Position numbers and translations under genes: made by a program. 64,000 nt of DNA, taken from positions 62,001-126,000 of the forward strand of contig QPMI01000160.1 in the NCBI GenBank assembly GCA_004431415.1, given 5' to 3'. Under the pieces are notes generated by a model that saw nothing but the letters and a program-made list of their open reading frames with translations, was not told the origin of the DNA and made no database searches. The DNA comes from Cyanophora paradoxa CCMP329 (lineage: Eukaryota; Plantae; Glaucophyta). Below, in pieces: positions 43,471 to 56,789 of the stretch (position 1 is the first letter of the stretch; each line of letters opens with the position of its first letter).

Positions 43471-44917
43471 GATGTTGGCAAGGGGCGCGCGGCGGCGGTC
43501 GAGCGCGAGGCCGGCGCCTCGGCCTCGGCTGCAGCTGCTTCTTGTGCTTGATGACGACGCGCGGCTGGCCGTGGGATGAATCATAAGCGCTACAGCTGCA
43601 GCTAGATCTAGACCTACGTATACAGGGTTCCGGATCCCGCACACAGTGTTCCGAAAGAAGTCCAGCAGCCGCCATGACATTCGAATTCAGCGAGGATCGT
43701 TTGCAGCTGCAGCAGCCATATACGCATGCAGAGATCTGATCGGCCGGCCGGGGGCTGTTGTCGCGAACGGACCGCGCGGACTGCGCTTCGAATTCTACCG
43801 CCCGCAGCTGCGCGGATATCGATGCGTGCACGTGACTGCGTTTCCGAGCGGACCGATCATGACCGCGGCCATATGCGTGGTCATGGGCCGCGGCCGGGTC
43901 CACGTGGATATGCGTGGACGCATGTCTGCGCAGTTGGCCGGGCTGCTGCATGCGCTCCGGATTCGAATTCGCGGCGCTGATTATGATGCTCTAGATCTCA
44001 AGCTCGCTTCCAGAGTTCTCCGGGGCTCTATAGCTAGTGATCAAGTCGTCGCCGAACATCAACATCAGCTGCGCATGCCATGATGCCTGCAGCTGGCGGC
44101 CCTCGTACGCGTAGAATCAGGGTGATAGACACTGATAGTCCGCGGCCGCGGCCGACGCTCAAAGCTTACGTATACGGTCAGCCCGGGTCAGGGACTCATG
44201 ATCAGGCTGCGTACCTCGGCTGCTGCACGATATCGATACTATTATACGCACTAGCTACTGCGGCATGGCGTCGCATGCCCTGACCGTGCCTGACGCACCC
44301 GGTGACCGAGCCGCATGCGCGGCCGTGGGCCGAGGAATCCGAGTCACTGCAGGCTGCAGCTGGGGATCGCCTCACTGGATACTATGATATGCCGCAGCAG
44401 TGCCAGCTGCAGGCATGCGCATGCGCAGCTGAGCTAGCAGCAGCAGTGCAGCACTGCGGCAGGCTGTGCAGGGCCACTGCAGGCTAGCTCACAGTGCACT
44501 GCAGCTGCTCCGTCAATGGACCGTCGAGGTCCGTACCCCCCCTGGGCCCCCCAGTGACCGTCACGGCGTCGGACAGTCGACGTCGGATCCGGACGTCGCG
44601 ATCGACGTCGATTTTGAGATCGATCGATACCGTGTAACACTTAATTAATTAATGCGCCAGAAATTAATGCGTTTTTGGACCCGACCCCGGCCCTATTATA
44701 TGGCTATTAATGCGGCACCGAATTAATGCGTTTTAAAGCTTTTTGGCTGCAGTAGAGGGGTACATACAGCAGTTTCTTAGCGTTTCGATATTAATGCGAT
44801 CCCAAATTAATGCGTTTTGCCAGCGCAGCTAGCTTAGCCTAGCTAGCGAAAAACGCATTAATTAGGGGGCGCATATGCATGCATTATAATAAAGTGCGAA
44901 TGCGCGCATTACTGAAG

Positions 44918-45182
44918 TTTTTTTTTTTTTTGGTGAATTACCGGCCACAGTCTCTAGACACCAGCACTGCGGGGGCTGCCCAGGGGGCATAAAGACAAAA
45001 AAGCAAAATAACTAAGACAAGAGCACGAAGAAAGATAAGACAAAGAGCCAAAATCGACAATAAAAAAGGAAAGACACAGAGCTCGAGACAGATCGATAGC
45101 GAGAAGAGACGAAAGTGAAGTGTGGGCAGCCCCCGCAGTGCTGGTGTCTAGAGACTGTGGCCGGTAATTCACCAAAAAAAAA
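44918..45182. mobile_element. MITE-like fold-back element with oligo(T)/oligo(A) termini
   Basis: 51-bp perfect inverted repeat (44932-44982 / 45123-45173) extended by T-run and A-run, flanked by direct repeat GAAG(T). Confidence 0.8.
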
Positions 45183-45785
45183 GAAGTGTTATAATTACAC
45201 GCGTACTCTAATATTATATACGGTACCGGCATTGATTTCATACTATGATAATTATAGGGCAGGCTGTAGCCCCATAGCCCTCCTTTCCTGTAGCCCCATA
45301 ATCCCCCTTGCAAAACATTTTTCTGTAGCCCCATTGCAGCTCATTCAAATGCAGCCTGATTGGCCAGCATCTCTGCTGGAGATTCAGTATACGTACTAGT
45401 GGAGATTCACTGGAGAATGAACACGCACGTGCGTCACTTGGGGCGCACGGGCTCGAATCCGACAGATTCCGACTCAAGTTCGGCGTGCGCATCGCGCGCT
45501 CGCTCGCCTCGCCGCCGGCGCCCGCCTCCGACGCGCGCGACGCCGCCGCGCGCCGGCGCTGGCGCCCGCCTCCTCACGATCGCGAGTGCGCATGCCAAGC
45601 TTAAGTTAAGGGCCCCTGATTCCGATTGCAAGCGCTAGCGCGGAGATCAACCAAACCTACCATTTAGACAGAGCACAGCACTCGACGGTCCTCAGTGTTA
45701 TCTAGTCGGAGAGATAAATTGGGCGATGTGAAACTCCTAGTAGTTGTTGTTGTGTGCTAATGCAAATCTCAACGGCTAGCGGAGA

Positions 45786-48700
45786 TCAAATCGAGCCGCC
45801 GAGGCCGGGGTGGGTACCGGAGTCCCCAAGGGCCGCCCGGGCGGCCTCCAGGGCCTCCTCGTGCGCGGCCAGCGCCTCCTCCGGCTGCGCAAATGTTCCC
45901 GTCAGGGGTACGCGCCTCTCGCTTCCGGGTCTTATGGTCGGGGGTACGCTCGCGATCACCTCTCCCAGGGCGGAGAGGGCGCTCGCGAGCGCCTCGAGGC
46001 TCTCGCGCCGCTCGGGGTACGCGCCTGCAGCTCCCAGGAGGCCGCGGGCGCCCTCCGCGGCGGCGCGGAAGCGGGCGACGGCCTCCTCCGTGCGGCCGGC
46101 GGCGCGGAGGGCGCGGCCCTGGGCGAAGAGGGCGGCGCAGTGCGGGCGGGAGGCGGGCCCTGGGCAGCGGCCGCAGAGCTCCGCTGCCTCTCCCGCCGCC
46201 TCCAGCGCGCCCGGCACGTCCCCCGCCTCCAGAAGGATCTGAGCGAAAGGAAGTGAGCGAAAGGGAGGCGAACATGGGGCAGGAGCTTCAGACTGGGACC
46301 GCGGGCTTGATTAAGTTGTTTACTAGAGGTCGGGGGCTTATACATATCATTAGGAGTAGTGGCGGCAAGGGAGCACGCCTCGGCGAGGGCGCGGAGGGCG
46401 CGGGAGACGCGCGGGTGCTCCCCCTCGAAGCGGCCCCGCGCGATCCCGAGCGCCCGCCGCTGCAGCCCCGCCGCCCTGCGCCCCAGGTGAGCCGGCTCAG
46501 AATCAGGTGAGCGGCGGGAGGACGGGGCGGCGGGCCTTTGGGGGTCGCCGCCGGCGCGGGCCCAGTGCGCCGCGAGCGCCTCCAGCGCCTCCCCCGCCTC
46601 CGCGCTCTCCGGCCCCGCCGCCCGCTCCCGCTGAGGCAGGGGTGGGGAGGAGGAGTGGCAGGGGGTACGGGCGCGCGCACCCGCTCGAGGGTCTCCTCGA
46701 GTAGGGCGAGGGCGCGGGGGCCTGCCCCGCCCCCGCGCAGGCGCGCGCCGCCTCGCAGCGGAGCTCCGCCGCCGGCTCCGCGTCCGCTCCAAAGGCCGCC
46801 TCCGCCACCGCCAGCGCCTCCGAGAAGAGCCGCGCCGCCTCCCCGCCCTCCCCGCGCGCCCCCCGAACCTAAAAATAGAGCTCGGACGGGGAGGGGAGAG
46901 AGTGAAAGGGGGGTACGGGGCCGCCCGCCCGCGCCCGCATTGGCTCGCCTCGCCGAGGGCGCGGAGGAGGGCGGCGCGGTCCGCGGGGTCCTCCTCCTCC
47001 CCCCCCCCCCCCCTCCCCGTCCCCGTCCCCGCCCCGGCCGCCTGCGGAGGAGGCTATGGAGCGCGCGGCCCGCTCGAGGCTGCCCTCTGCCTCCTCGAGC
47101 CGGTTCGCCCGCGCCTGCGAGCGCGCCGCCGAGACCAGCGCCCGCGCCACCTGCAAACAAATTGAAGGCGTTAGAAGGTGGCCAGTAGAAGCTGTAAGAG
47201 AAAAAGTAAAGGGCTTGAGCGTTGCGCGCCTCGGGGTGGTCGGGCCCGACGCCGGCCTCGAGGCCGGCCACGAGGCGCCCGTGGGCGGCCCCCGCGCCGG
47301 CGAGGTCCCCCGCCCCCTCCCGCACCCGCGCCAGCAGCCGCAGCGCCGCCGCCGTCCCGGGGTGCGCCGACCTAAAAATAGAATCAAAAGCTTAAGGGAG
47401 GAAGAAGGCGGGAACTCGAAAGGGCACCCGTGGCAGCGCTCGGCGGCGGCGGCGCCGCGCTCGGCGTGCTCGACGGCCGCCGCGAACTCGGCGCGCTCGG
47501 CGTGGAGCTCGGCCAGCTGCAGCAGCGCCCGCGCCAGCTGGCCCTCCTCCCGCCCCCCGCGCCCGGCGCCTCCAGAAGCCGCACCGCCTCCCGCGCGTGG
47601 CCGCGGGCCTCCCCCGCCCGCCCCACCCCGCGCAGCGCCCGCGCCAGCAGCCCGTGCGCCGCCGCCGCCTCCGCCGCCGCGCCGTGCCGCGCCGCCGCCT
47701 CCGCCGCCGCCAGCAGCGCCTCGCGTATGGACAGGGCGCGCCGGGCGGGCGCCAGCGCCGCCTCGGCCTCCCCCGCGGCGATGCGGGCCTCGGAGAGGCC
47801 GGCGAGGGCGCGGGCGAGGGCCGCGCTCCCGTCCCCGCGCGCCCGCTCCTGCAGCTCGGCGCTCCGCTCCGCCAGGCGCGCCGCGGCGCGCGCCTCGCGC
47901 AGCTCCAAAAGGACGGCGCCCGCCGCGTCGCAGTCGTCCGCCCGCGCCGCGCACTCGGCCCGCGACAGCCCCTCCGTCTCCCCGCCGGCGCCGGCGCCCG
48001 TACCCCCCTCCACGAAAGCCGCGAGGTACGCCGCGGCGGCCTCCCCCGGGGCCCGCCCCGTCCACCGCCACATCTCCGCCACCTGGGGGGGCCGGTTCAG
48101 GAAGGGGGGGGGGGAAGAAAGGGGGGTACAGGCGGGCCTCGCAGGGGCTCCACTCGGCGACGAGGGCGGCGAGGGCGCCGCGGGCCGTCTCCGCCAGTAC
48201 CCCCGCCAGGGCCTCCCTCTCCCCCGCCTCCCGGTACTGAAAATGCGAGAGACGGTCAGGGCGGGGGGAAAGAAGAAGCGAAGAGCAGAGGGGGGGTACG
48301 TGGAATGGGAGCTCGTGGGCGCGGCGGCGGGAGCCGCGCGGCTCTGCGGCGAAGTGGGCCGCGAGGCGCCGGTGGGCGGCCGCCGCGGCCGGCGAGCCGG
48401 CCCCCAGCCCGTACGCCGCCACCACTGCCTGAGGAGGCGCCCTATGTAAATGGAAAGGAATAAAAAGCTAGAAAGGGCGGTCTGGCGGGCCTCGTGGAGG
48501 GCGCGGTGGGCGAAGACGAGGAGCGGGTCCCGCGGCAGAAGGGCGCACGAGAGCGCCGCGAACCACTCCGCCCACGCCAGCGGCGCCGCCGCCGATTCCG
48601 ATTCCGAGGCCGATCCCGAGGCCGGGGCCCCCGCCAGGTCCTTGGGGGAGGCTTCATCGTCTACCCCCGGGGCCGGGGCCGGGGCCGGGGCGGGGGCCGG

Positions 48701-51700
48701 GGCGGGGTCGGGGCAGCAGAGGGCGTGGAGCTCTGCTTCGGAGAGGCCGGCGCTGGCGAGGGCGAGGGCCTCCAGGGCCGCCCGCACCAGGCCCGGCCCG
48801 TACCGCCCGCCCCACCTGCCCAAGAAGAATAGGAAGAGGAGGGTCAGAGGGGTACGCGGGGGAAGACAGGAGGAGGGGCACCGGTCGATGACGAGGCGGT
48901 AGAGGGCCGCGACGTCGGGGCACTGCGGGCGCCGCAGTCTCACGAGTCGAAGCGTAGTCTTAAGAGCCGGGGTCTCTTAAGAGTCGTAGTCTTAAGAGTT
49001 GGAGCTTAGTCTTAGTCTTAATTAATTAAGTCTTAAGAGCCGGGGTCTCAAAGCGCGAGCTGGAGCGCGCACGGCGAGGCAGGCGGCGAGGCGGGGCCGC
49101 AGCGTCTCGAAGACGGCGTCCTCCTTCAGCTCCTCCAGCATCACTGCACAGGATCCGGAGGCGTGGGCGCAGGAGGCGCGGGCGCTCTTAGCATCGCCTT
49201 CTTGTCGAGGTTTCGGGGGCTTCTTAGCATCTTCTTATCATTTCGTTCTTAGCATCGTTCTTACCATCGTCTTAGCATTTCGTTCTTAGCGTCGTTCTTA
49301 GCATGTTCTGGGCGTTTCGGGGGGGCTTACGGGTCAGGAACAGGGGGTTGGAGCACTGGGGCGCCTCCCGCACGGCCCGCAGCAGGTCCTCGGGGAGGGT
49401 CTGGGAGGGGGTGGGAAGAAGTCAGCGGGGGGTACAGGGAGCAAAAGAAGAAGAAGAGGAAGAGGAAGAGGGACGGCGCCTTGCCGGCGGAGCGGAGGTC
49501 GGCGCGGGCGACGGCGACGACGTCGTCGGGGGGAAGGGGCTCCACGGCGAGGCCGGCGTGCGGGCGGCGCCGCGCCGCCTCCAGCGCCCGCCCCGGCGAC
49601 GCGGCGACCACGATGCGGAGGCGCGGCAGGGCCCGCGCCGGCAGCCAGCGGAGGGGGCGGCCCCCGGACGCCCCTCCCTCGTCGACCTGCGGGGGTACAG
49701 TGAATCCAGGGACGGGGCGCGCGGCAAAGGGTACCCCGGGCCGGACCTGGTCGAGGCCGTCGAGGAGGAGGAGGGCGGGGCGGGGCAGGGCGGCCCCGTT
49801 GAGCTCGAGCCACTCGGCGAAGGCGGCGCAGGCGGCGGGGGTCGTCGCCCCCTCCGCCGCCGCCCGTGCCGCCCCCTCCGGCTCGCTGGCGCCGGGGTAC
49901 GCCTCCCTCAGCTCCTCGGCGAGGCGCCGGAGGAGGGGGCCCAGCGCCGGGCCCCGCTGGGAGCTTTCGGCGCAGTGGAGGACGACGAGGGCCCCCGGGT
50001 GCCGCCCCGCCCACTCCGCGCTCCAGTTCGCCAGCAGCGCTGCGCGTTCGCGAGCCAAAGAGATACGAGATGAGAGGGGCGGACGAGCAAGCGTAAGAGC
50101 TTAGAAAGCTGAGCTTATGTTGGCTTAGCAGCTGGAGCTGGGGAGGAGGGGCCGGGGCGGGAGCGGGGCGGGGCGGGGCGGAGAGCAGGGGGGAACACGC
50201 AATCTAAAGAGAAAGCGGGGCGGGGCGGGGCGGGGCGGGGCGGACCGCTCTTGCCGGAGCCGACGGGCCCGTGGACGACGAGTAGTTCGGGGCCCTCCGA
50301 GGCGGCGTACCCGTCCAGCGCGGCGAAGGCGGCGGGGCGCCGCCGGTAGAGCCGCCGCCGCGCCTCCGCAAAGGCCGAGGAGGCCGCCCTGAGATCAAAT
50401 CTTAGACGAGATCCAAGACAAGATTTCGATTTTAAAAATTGTAATAGCTTAATGTAGCGAAATCTTAGACGAGATTACAGCTAAAAGAGCTAAAGGGTCT
50501 GAATAATTCCATAGATAAGAGCTTAAGAGCTGAAGGCGACGGCTCAGAGAGGCGGCGGGGGCGTGCGGACCGCTCGGCGTGGAGCCAGGACTCGGGGGGC
50601 CGGGGCGGGCGGTCGGCCCGGATCAGATTCGCGAGGTCCTCGTGGAGGGCCCTCGCGAGGCCCTCGGCGCTGGCGTAGGCCCCCCGGACGGAGGCGGGGT
50701 ACCCCCTCCCCAGCTCCGCCTTCAACTCGGCCAGGCGGGCGCGCTCGTAGGCCGTCTCGGGGTCGGGCCCGGCGCGCTCCTGCGCCTCGGCGGCCTCGAG
50801 AAGGGCGTCGTCGGCCATGTAGAAGAGGCAGCGGCGGGCGGGGCCGTCGGAGTCGGAGTCGGGGTCGGGCCCCGGGCGGGAGAGCGCCGCGGCGATCTCG
50901 AGGTGCGTGGCGGAGAGGTGCCGCCAGGCCGCCGCCTGGGGGAACTCCCTTTCGGCCCGGTCCAGGGACCTGCGCGAGGGACGGGAGGGAGGGTCAGGCG
51001 GGCTCGGGCCGGCGGGTCGGGTGATTCAGGCCAGGTGAGTCAGGCGAGCACCGCTGGAGGAGCGCGTCGGTGGGGGCCCCCGGGCCGCTGGCACCACCCG
51101 TACCTCGCCTTCGCGGGGGAGGGGGTACGCCATCAGCGGTCCGGACGGGGTACGACGAGAAGAAAGGGGGGTACAGGCTTGAGCACCTTGAGGAAGGCGA
51201 CGAAGTAGTGGGAGCGGTACACCTCGCGGAGGCAGAGGGCGAGCACCATACCCCTCCGCGCCTGCTCCTCCGTGATGCCCCTGGGGCGGGCGCGCGGGGG
51301 GGGGGGGGGGGGGGGGGGGGGGGGCGGTTCGGGGTATACAATAGGGCGGGAAAGAGGAGGGGGGTACCAACCAGCGGAGGTCGACGAAGACGAGGTGGAG
51401 GCCGCGGAGGGCGAGCTCCCGGCGCAGCCGCGGGGCGGCCCCCCGGAAGACCTGTGGCGGGGGACCTTGAGCCGAAGCCGGGGCCCGGGCTCTTGGCGGG
51501 GGCCTTGGGCCGGAGCCCGGGCCCAGGCTCCGCCAGCGCGCTAGGCTAAGCTAAGCTAAGCTTAGGCGAAGCTTTTTAAGATCCTTTAGTTTACGATAAG
51601 CACAGATAGAGTGCGTAGCCCGAGATCCTTAAGCTTTAAAATGAGAAGATCAGTTAGCTGAGGAGGGCGCACGGCCTGGCGCTCGGGCCCCATGTCCCGG

Positions 51701-51936
51701 AATGTGCTGCTGAGGAAGACGCGCACGAGGCGCGAGGCGGGGCGGCCGTACGGCGCCCCCGGCCCCGCCGAGGGCGCCTTTTCCGGCCCGGCCCCCGCTG
51801 CCGAGGCGAGATTAGATCTCCTCGAAGTCGAGATTTGATCCCGCCGCTGCGCGGGCGCACCGGAGTCGGCGGCGTCGGAGAAGGCGACCGAAGCGCTGTC
51901 CGCGAAGGAGGCCGCCGGCAGCAGCTCGAGGTGCAC
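45786..51936 (-). CDS. Multi-exon DUF4062-NACHT(STAND)-TPR protein (nephrocystin-3/TEP1-like); boundaries approximate
   Basis: VRVFLSSTFRDM..ER, FVDLRW|GITEE, Walker A LLVVHGPVGSGKS (~50250-50285), Walker B LLLLDGLDQ, RRAHELPFH, Ala-rich TPR helices (RRALSIRE). Confidence 0.85.
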
Positions 51937-52622
51937 TCCGCTCAGGTCTTGCGCCGACGGCGAGGGCGAGGGCGCCGGCGAGGGCGAGGGCGGAGCGAGG
52001 GAGCGGGCGCTCTCTGCGGCGCGGCCTGAGCGGTGCGCGCGGTCCGCGTGGGGCCTTAGCTACCGGTGGAGGATCGCGGCCTGGGTTGGAGGCCCCGCGC
52101 GCCTGCGTACGCGCACGTTGCCGTCATGATCAGGCGCGTGTCGTCAAGAGCAAGCGTGCCAAGGGCTCGAGCTAGCGCGCGAAGCGAACATCAGGGAGCG
52201 CACCGCTCGTAGCAACAAGGGGGGCGAGCTCTGGGGAGCGCGCCCCGGCCGCGGTCGCTTTGCAGATATCGATGTTGAGGCTGCAGCTGACAGCGGTCGC
52301 TCTCGGGGCTCGTGCTGCGCAGGGGCGCGCGAGCGAGCTCAGCAACTTGCCAGAGCGCTTCGGACTTGACCTATCGCGAGCTCAGTGGTCTAGCTCGGCG
52401 TGCTTACCGCCATCGGGCTCGGCGGCGGCGGCGGCCTGGGCCGATCGGACGCAGCCGAAGGCGCCGCCCATCGCTCGAGGCCTAGGTCCCCGCTGGAGCC
52501 CGAAGCCCCGGTTCAAGCCCCGAAGCCCCGGTTCAAGCCCCGTTGAAGCCCGCAGGCCGGGGGTACGCTAAGTTCTATCACACGAAGCGACCCGTGCGGG
52601 CGGGCAAGCCGGCGCCCGGGAG

Positions 52623-54561
52623 ATGGCGTTCCGAGTCACGCTTGTGGACGAGCGAGCCGGCCGGACAGCTCCCCTGGAGGTGCAGCCTGCTTCGGCTGAG
52701 TCCGCGAAGCTGTTCGCGACCTTGCGCGACGCGGCTCACAAGCTCCTCGCCGGTACGATGGCCTTTCCCCCGTTCTTGAGCGCCTCTTTCTGAGCTTCCC
52801 CGTCCCCAGAGAGCGAGGGCGCTCTCGTCGCGTCTCCTTCGGACGTCCAGCTGTCCTACCGCGATTCAGACAACGACCTTATCAAAATCAACAGCGAGGA
52901 GGAGGCCTTCGCTGCTCTGGCGTGTGTTTCGCAGCCGGCCGCCGCCGCCGCCGGCGGCCTCGTCCTCTACGCATCGCGACCGCTCAATCTGGTCCCGCGC
53001 TCTCTGGCTCAGGACGCCGTCCAAGACGGTAAGAGGACGGTCTCTCTTAGCTTCTAAAATGAAATCCAGAGGCGCGCGCTGACTCGCTGTTCAGGTCGCC
53101 TGACCGCCGGACGCGCTCCCGCGCCCCTCGCCCCTGCGGACTGCGCCACGCTGCAGGAGGCCCTCGCAGACATCGTCCGCGCCGCTGAATCGATTCTGAG
53201 CTCCGTCGGAACTCCGGAGGCGGGAGATCTCAGGTCCCGCGTCGGCGCGCTGCGCACGGCCGCGGCGCAGCTGGCCGCAGCGGCGCCGGCGACGCCTGCC
53301 GTCCCTGCCGCAGCTTTGGAGGAAGCCCCGTTTACCACGCCGGTCGCCGGCCCGCTCCCGTCGCCCGGCGCCCCGATGAGCCCCGTGACTCCGGCCGCGG
53401 CCCCGCGGGCGGCGGCGCCGCCCGCGAACCACGCGCCGGCCGTTCACAAGGATGTCCGATGCGACTCGTGCCACCAGTGGCCCGTCCGGGGTACGCGATT
53501 CAAGTGCGCCCAGTGCGAGAACTTCGACCTCTGCGCCGAGTGCGAGGCCGCCAACCGCCACGACCCTCGCCACATCCTCCTCAAGGCGCGTACCCCCCCC
53601 CCCTTCCCCTCTCTCCCTTCCGAGCGTCGCTGATTCTCCCTCCCCCCCCCCCTTCAGATCCGGGTACCGCGGCAGGTGAAGGTGATGCACGCGGCGGGGT
53701 CGCCCCCCGAAGGGTCCCTCGTCCTCCCGCGTGGGGCCGTACCCCGCGTCCCCTCCGCCGGCCGCCTCCACGCCAGCTTCCCCTCGCCCGCCCTGGGGCC
53801 CGCCCCGGCCCCGGCCCCCGCCCCCGTCCCGTCCCTCCTCTCTGCCGCCTCCTCCGCCGCTTCCGCCTCCGGATCGAGCCCCCCGGCCGCCGCCGCCGCC
53901 CCGGCCCCTGCCCCTGCGGATGCCGCCGGCGCAGGCGCCTCGGCCGCCGGCGCGGGAGCTTCCCCCTCCCCCGCGGACGACGCCGCCGCTCTCGGCGAGT
54001 CTTTCGTCGTCGTACCCGGCGCCGCCTCCTCCTCCCCCGAGCCGGACGACGCCGCCGGCATCGGGCCGGTACTCCCCGCAGCCTCCTCCTCCCCCCATCC
54101 TTCCTTCTCGCCCCTCCCCGAAGCCTCCCTCGCCGACTCCTCCCTCCTCGCCCTGTCCGACGCCGGTACCCCCCGCCCCCGCCCCCTCTGCCGGCGCGCT
54201 CACGCCGGCGCAGCCCTGGGCTCCTCGATCGACGACGGCGCCGGGGCCGGCCTGGGCGCCGCCCCCTCCAGCTCCCCCCGGCCCCCCAAGGAGCCTGGCT
54301 CGCCCCCCTCGGCCCTGGGCCGTTCCTCCGGTTCCCTCGGGAGGATCCTTACCCCCGAAGAGTTCGCCTGCGAGCTGGACCTCCACGAGTGGTACCCATA
54401 CCCCCCTCCATCTCTTCCCCGCCCCCTCCCCGCCCGTTCTCTGAACCGGTACTGTACCCCCCAGGCAGCTGGTGGAGTCACGGAGGGAGATCGAGGCTCT
54501 GCTCTCGGCCTCGACCGCTTCCCTGGGGCCCGCCCCGCCCGCCGCCGCCGCCGGCCCTTGA
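52623..54561 (+). CDS. Multi-exon PB1 + ZZ zinc-finger protein (p62/NBR1-like)
   Basis: PB1 acidic motif LSYRDSDNDLIKINSEEE; ZZ motif HKDVRCDSC...RFKCAQCENFDLCAECE...HDPRH; LIR-like ESFVVV. Confidence 0.8.
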
Positions 54562-56789
54562 GGCTCACCCCTTTTATTCCCGTGAACGAGCCTGTATAGT
54601 GCAGAGTGTCCGAGTTCGCCCGATCGCGGCCCATTCCAGCATTGATAGTCATTGAAAAGTGATCATAAATACAAATGCCAACTTCCCGAGTTCGAACAGC
54701 CCAAGCTCGCAAGAGCTGTATGTAGGCTATATATAGGCCGCGCCGGGCCGCGCCGCAGCTGCACAGCAACTTGGCAAATCTGCACTCTTACTTTTACTTT
54801 TACAGGCCCTGGTCAAACTTGACGTAAAACGGCTGCTGGAGGGGGGTTTTCGGTGGCAGAACTGCCCTTTTCTGGCAATTTCTGGGTGCAGAACCGCCGC
54901 ATTCCGTGTGTTAATCGTACTTGCATCGGCTTTAAAGCCCTTCTGCATTGAAAAACTACCCGTTAATTATAAGCACCTTTCTGAGGCCAGGGTGCCCTTG
55001 GAAGGCCTACCCCCCCTCAGGACGAAGGATTTGTCATTCAGCACCACATTACAGTTTACAGAAACTGTCTCACCACGACGCCTACCATGAATCCTAGGAT
55101 TGGCACTGAGGCACTTACATCTTTGGAAAATAGGAACCGAAGCTTTGAGTGCTGGAGGAATCAGTGAAGCTAGAACTACAGTAGAGAACAACAGCTGACA
55201 GGGATAAAGAGGGAGAGGAAGTGGGTGGGCAGAACACCGTGCTACTACTGGCCCCGAAAAGGCCAGCCTGGTCTACCAGCGGGAGGATCACGCCTCCACC
55301 ATAGCGAGTAGCTCCAGCGCGCGCCCAGTCCACCCGCCTCCCGTCTCTCGATCCCAAGGCTGCTGCGCCCCGCTGCAGGTGCAACACCATCCTAAAAGAG
55401 GACCGGAAACCGGAGCTCGTGAGAGCCCGGGTGAAAACCGGTGGGCGCACAGCGCCGCCAGCCGCAGCCAGCGCTCTGTGCTCCTCGGCCGAGAGATACC
55501 TCCTCCAGTTGGCGCGCGCACGCGCGCGTGGGGTCCGCTGCGGCGGGGGTTGGGAGGCCCCGGGCCGCCCGAGTGCTCAGAAGCACATCGCCTCGCCAGG
55601 AATCTAAGCATCTGTGCGGCCGCGACGCCCAAGGCCGCGACGCGGGCGTGCAATCACACGACCGACGATCATCTGCGCGGGCGCAACACAGGTCGCCGGC
55701 CCCATAGCCGCGGGCGGCCGATCGCTGCCGCAGAGAAGTGCTTGGGCTGAACGAGAGAGCAGCTGCTGAAGCTGCCGCTGGTGTCCGCTGGAGTAGCTCG
55801 CCGAACCGACCCACGGAGCGGATTCCTAACGGACGCGCGGCTAACCAGCTAGAGGAGGGCTAAAGGCACCGCCGAGGCGATTCGCGGCTGCCGGAGAGGC
55901 GCCCAGCGGGCAGGAGCCCGCTACCTACTTTCTCTCCAGGTCGGGGTACGCGAAACCCCCCCCCTCAGGACCGCACTTCTTTATAATTACCCGAGAATCG
56001 TGTGTCTAGCTATACGTATACAGAGATCTGGATCCGGATAGAACCCGGTGGGAAAGGCATATTTACTTAGCTCAGCGGCTGAGACATAGCTAGGTCGCAT
56101 GCGCAGCCTCGCAGGCAGCGCCCCTCTCTCATTCATGGATGGGCGCTCTTGTATGTAGTCAAGTTTTACGTATACATTAAAAACGCCGCGGCCGTGACGG
56201 TCACTTTTTGACGGCACTTTTAGCTTTACAGAGGGGGCCGGCCCGGCCGGGCCGCCGGGGGTCAAACTTGACGTGAAATGGCAACCCTAGTAGCAGGCTA
56301 CTAGCAGCCTACTAGCAGGCCGGGGCCGGGGCCGCCGCGGCGCCGCCGCGCCGGCCCGCCGGGCTATTAGCTGTAGGCTGTAGGCTGTAGCAAACTGCAG
56401 AAGGCTACCGGTACCTGCCTTCTAGGTACATGGCCCTGAATGCGCATTCGGACTCGAATTTCGGAGTGATTTCGGATCGATGGATAGCTTAGGAATCATT
56501 TGAATGCGCATGCGGACCGATGATGCGGTACGAGTCCGTACGACTCCGTACGAGTGCAAGTACCTTCGAGCCTGATGATCAGAGGGAGGTTTCTCATTCA
56601 TTTCCGCCAATTTCCATTCAAGTTTCCCAGAAAACTTTTTTCATCAAACTCGAACGGGCGGGAAAGAGCCGAGAAAGCGTCACGGCGTCACGGCGTCACA
56701 GACTCCGAGCCCCAAAAAAGGTTCAGTTGCGGGCTCCTAGCCGATTGCGAGTCGCCAAGATTCAATGATTCGGCGGCCGCCGGCGGCCG

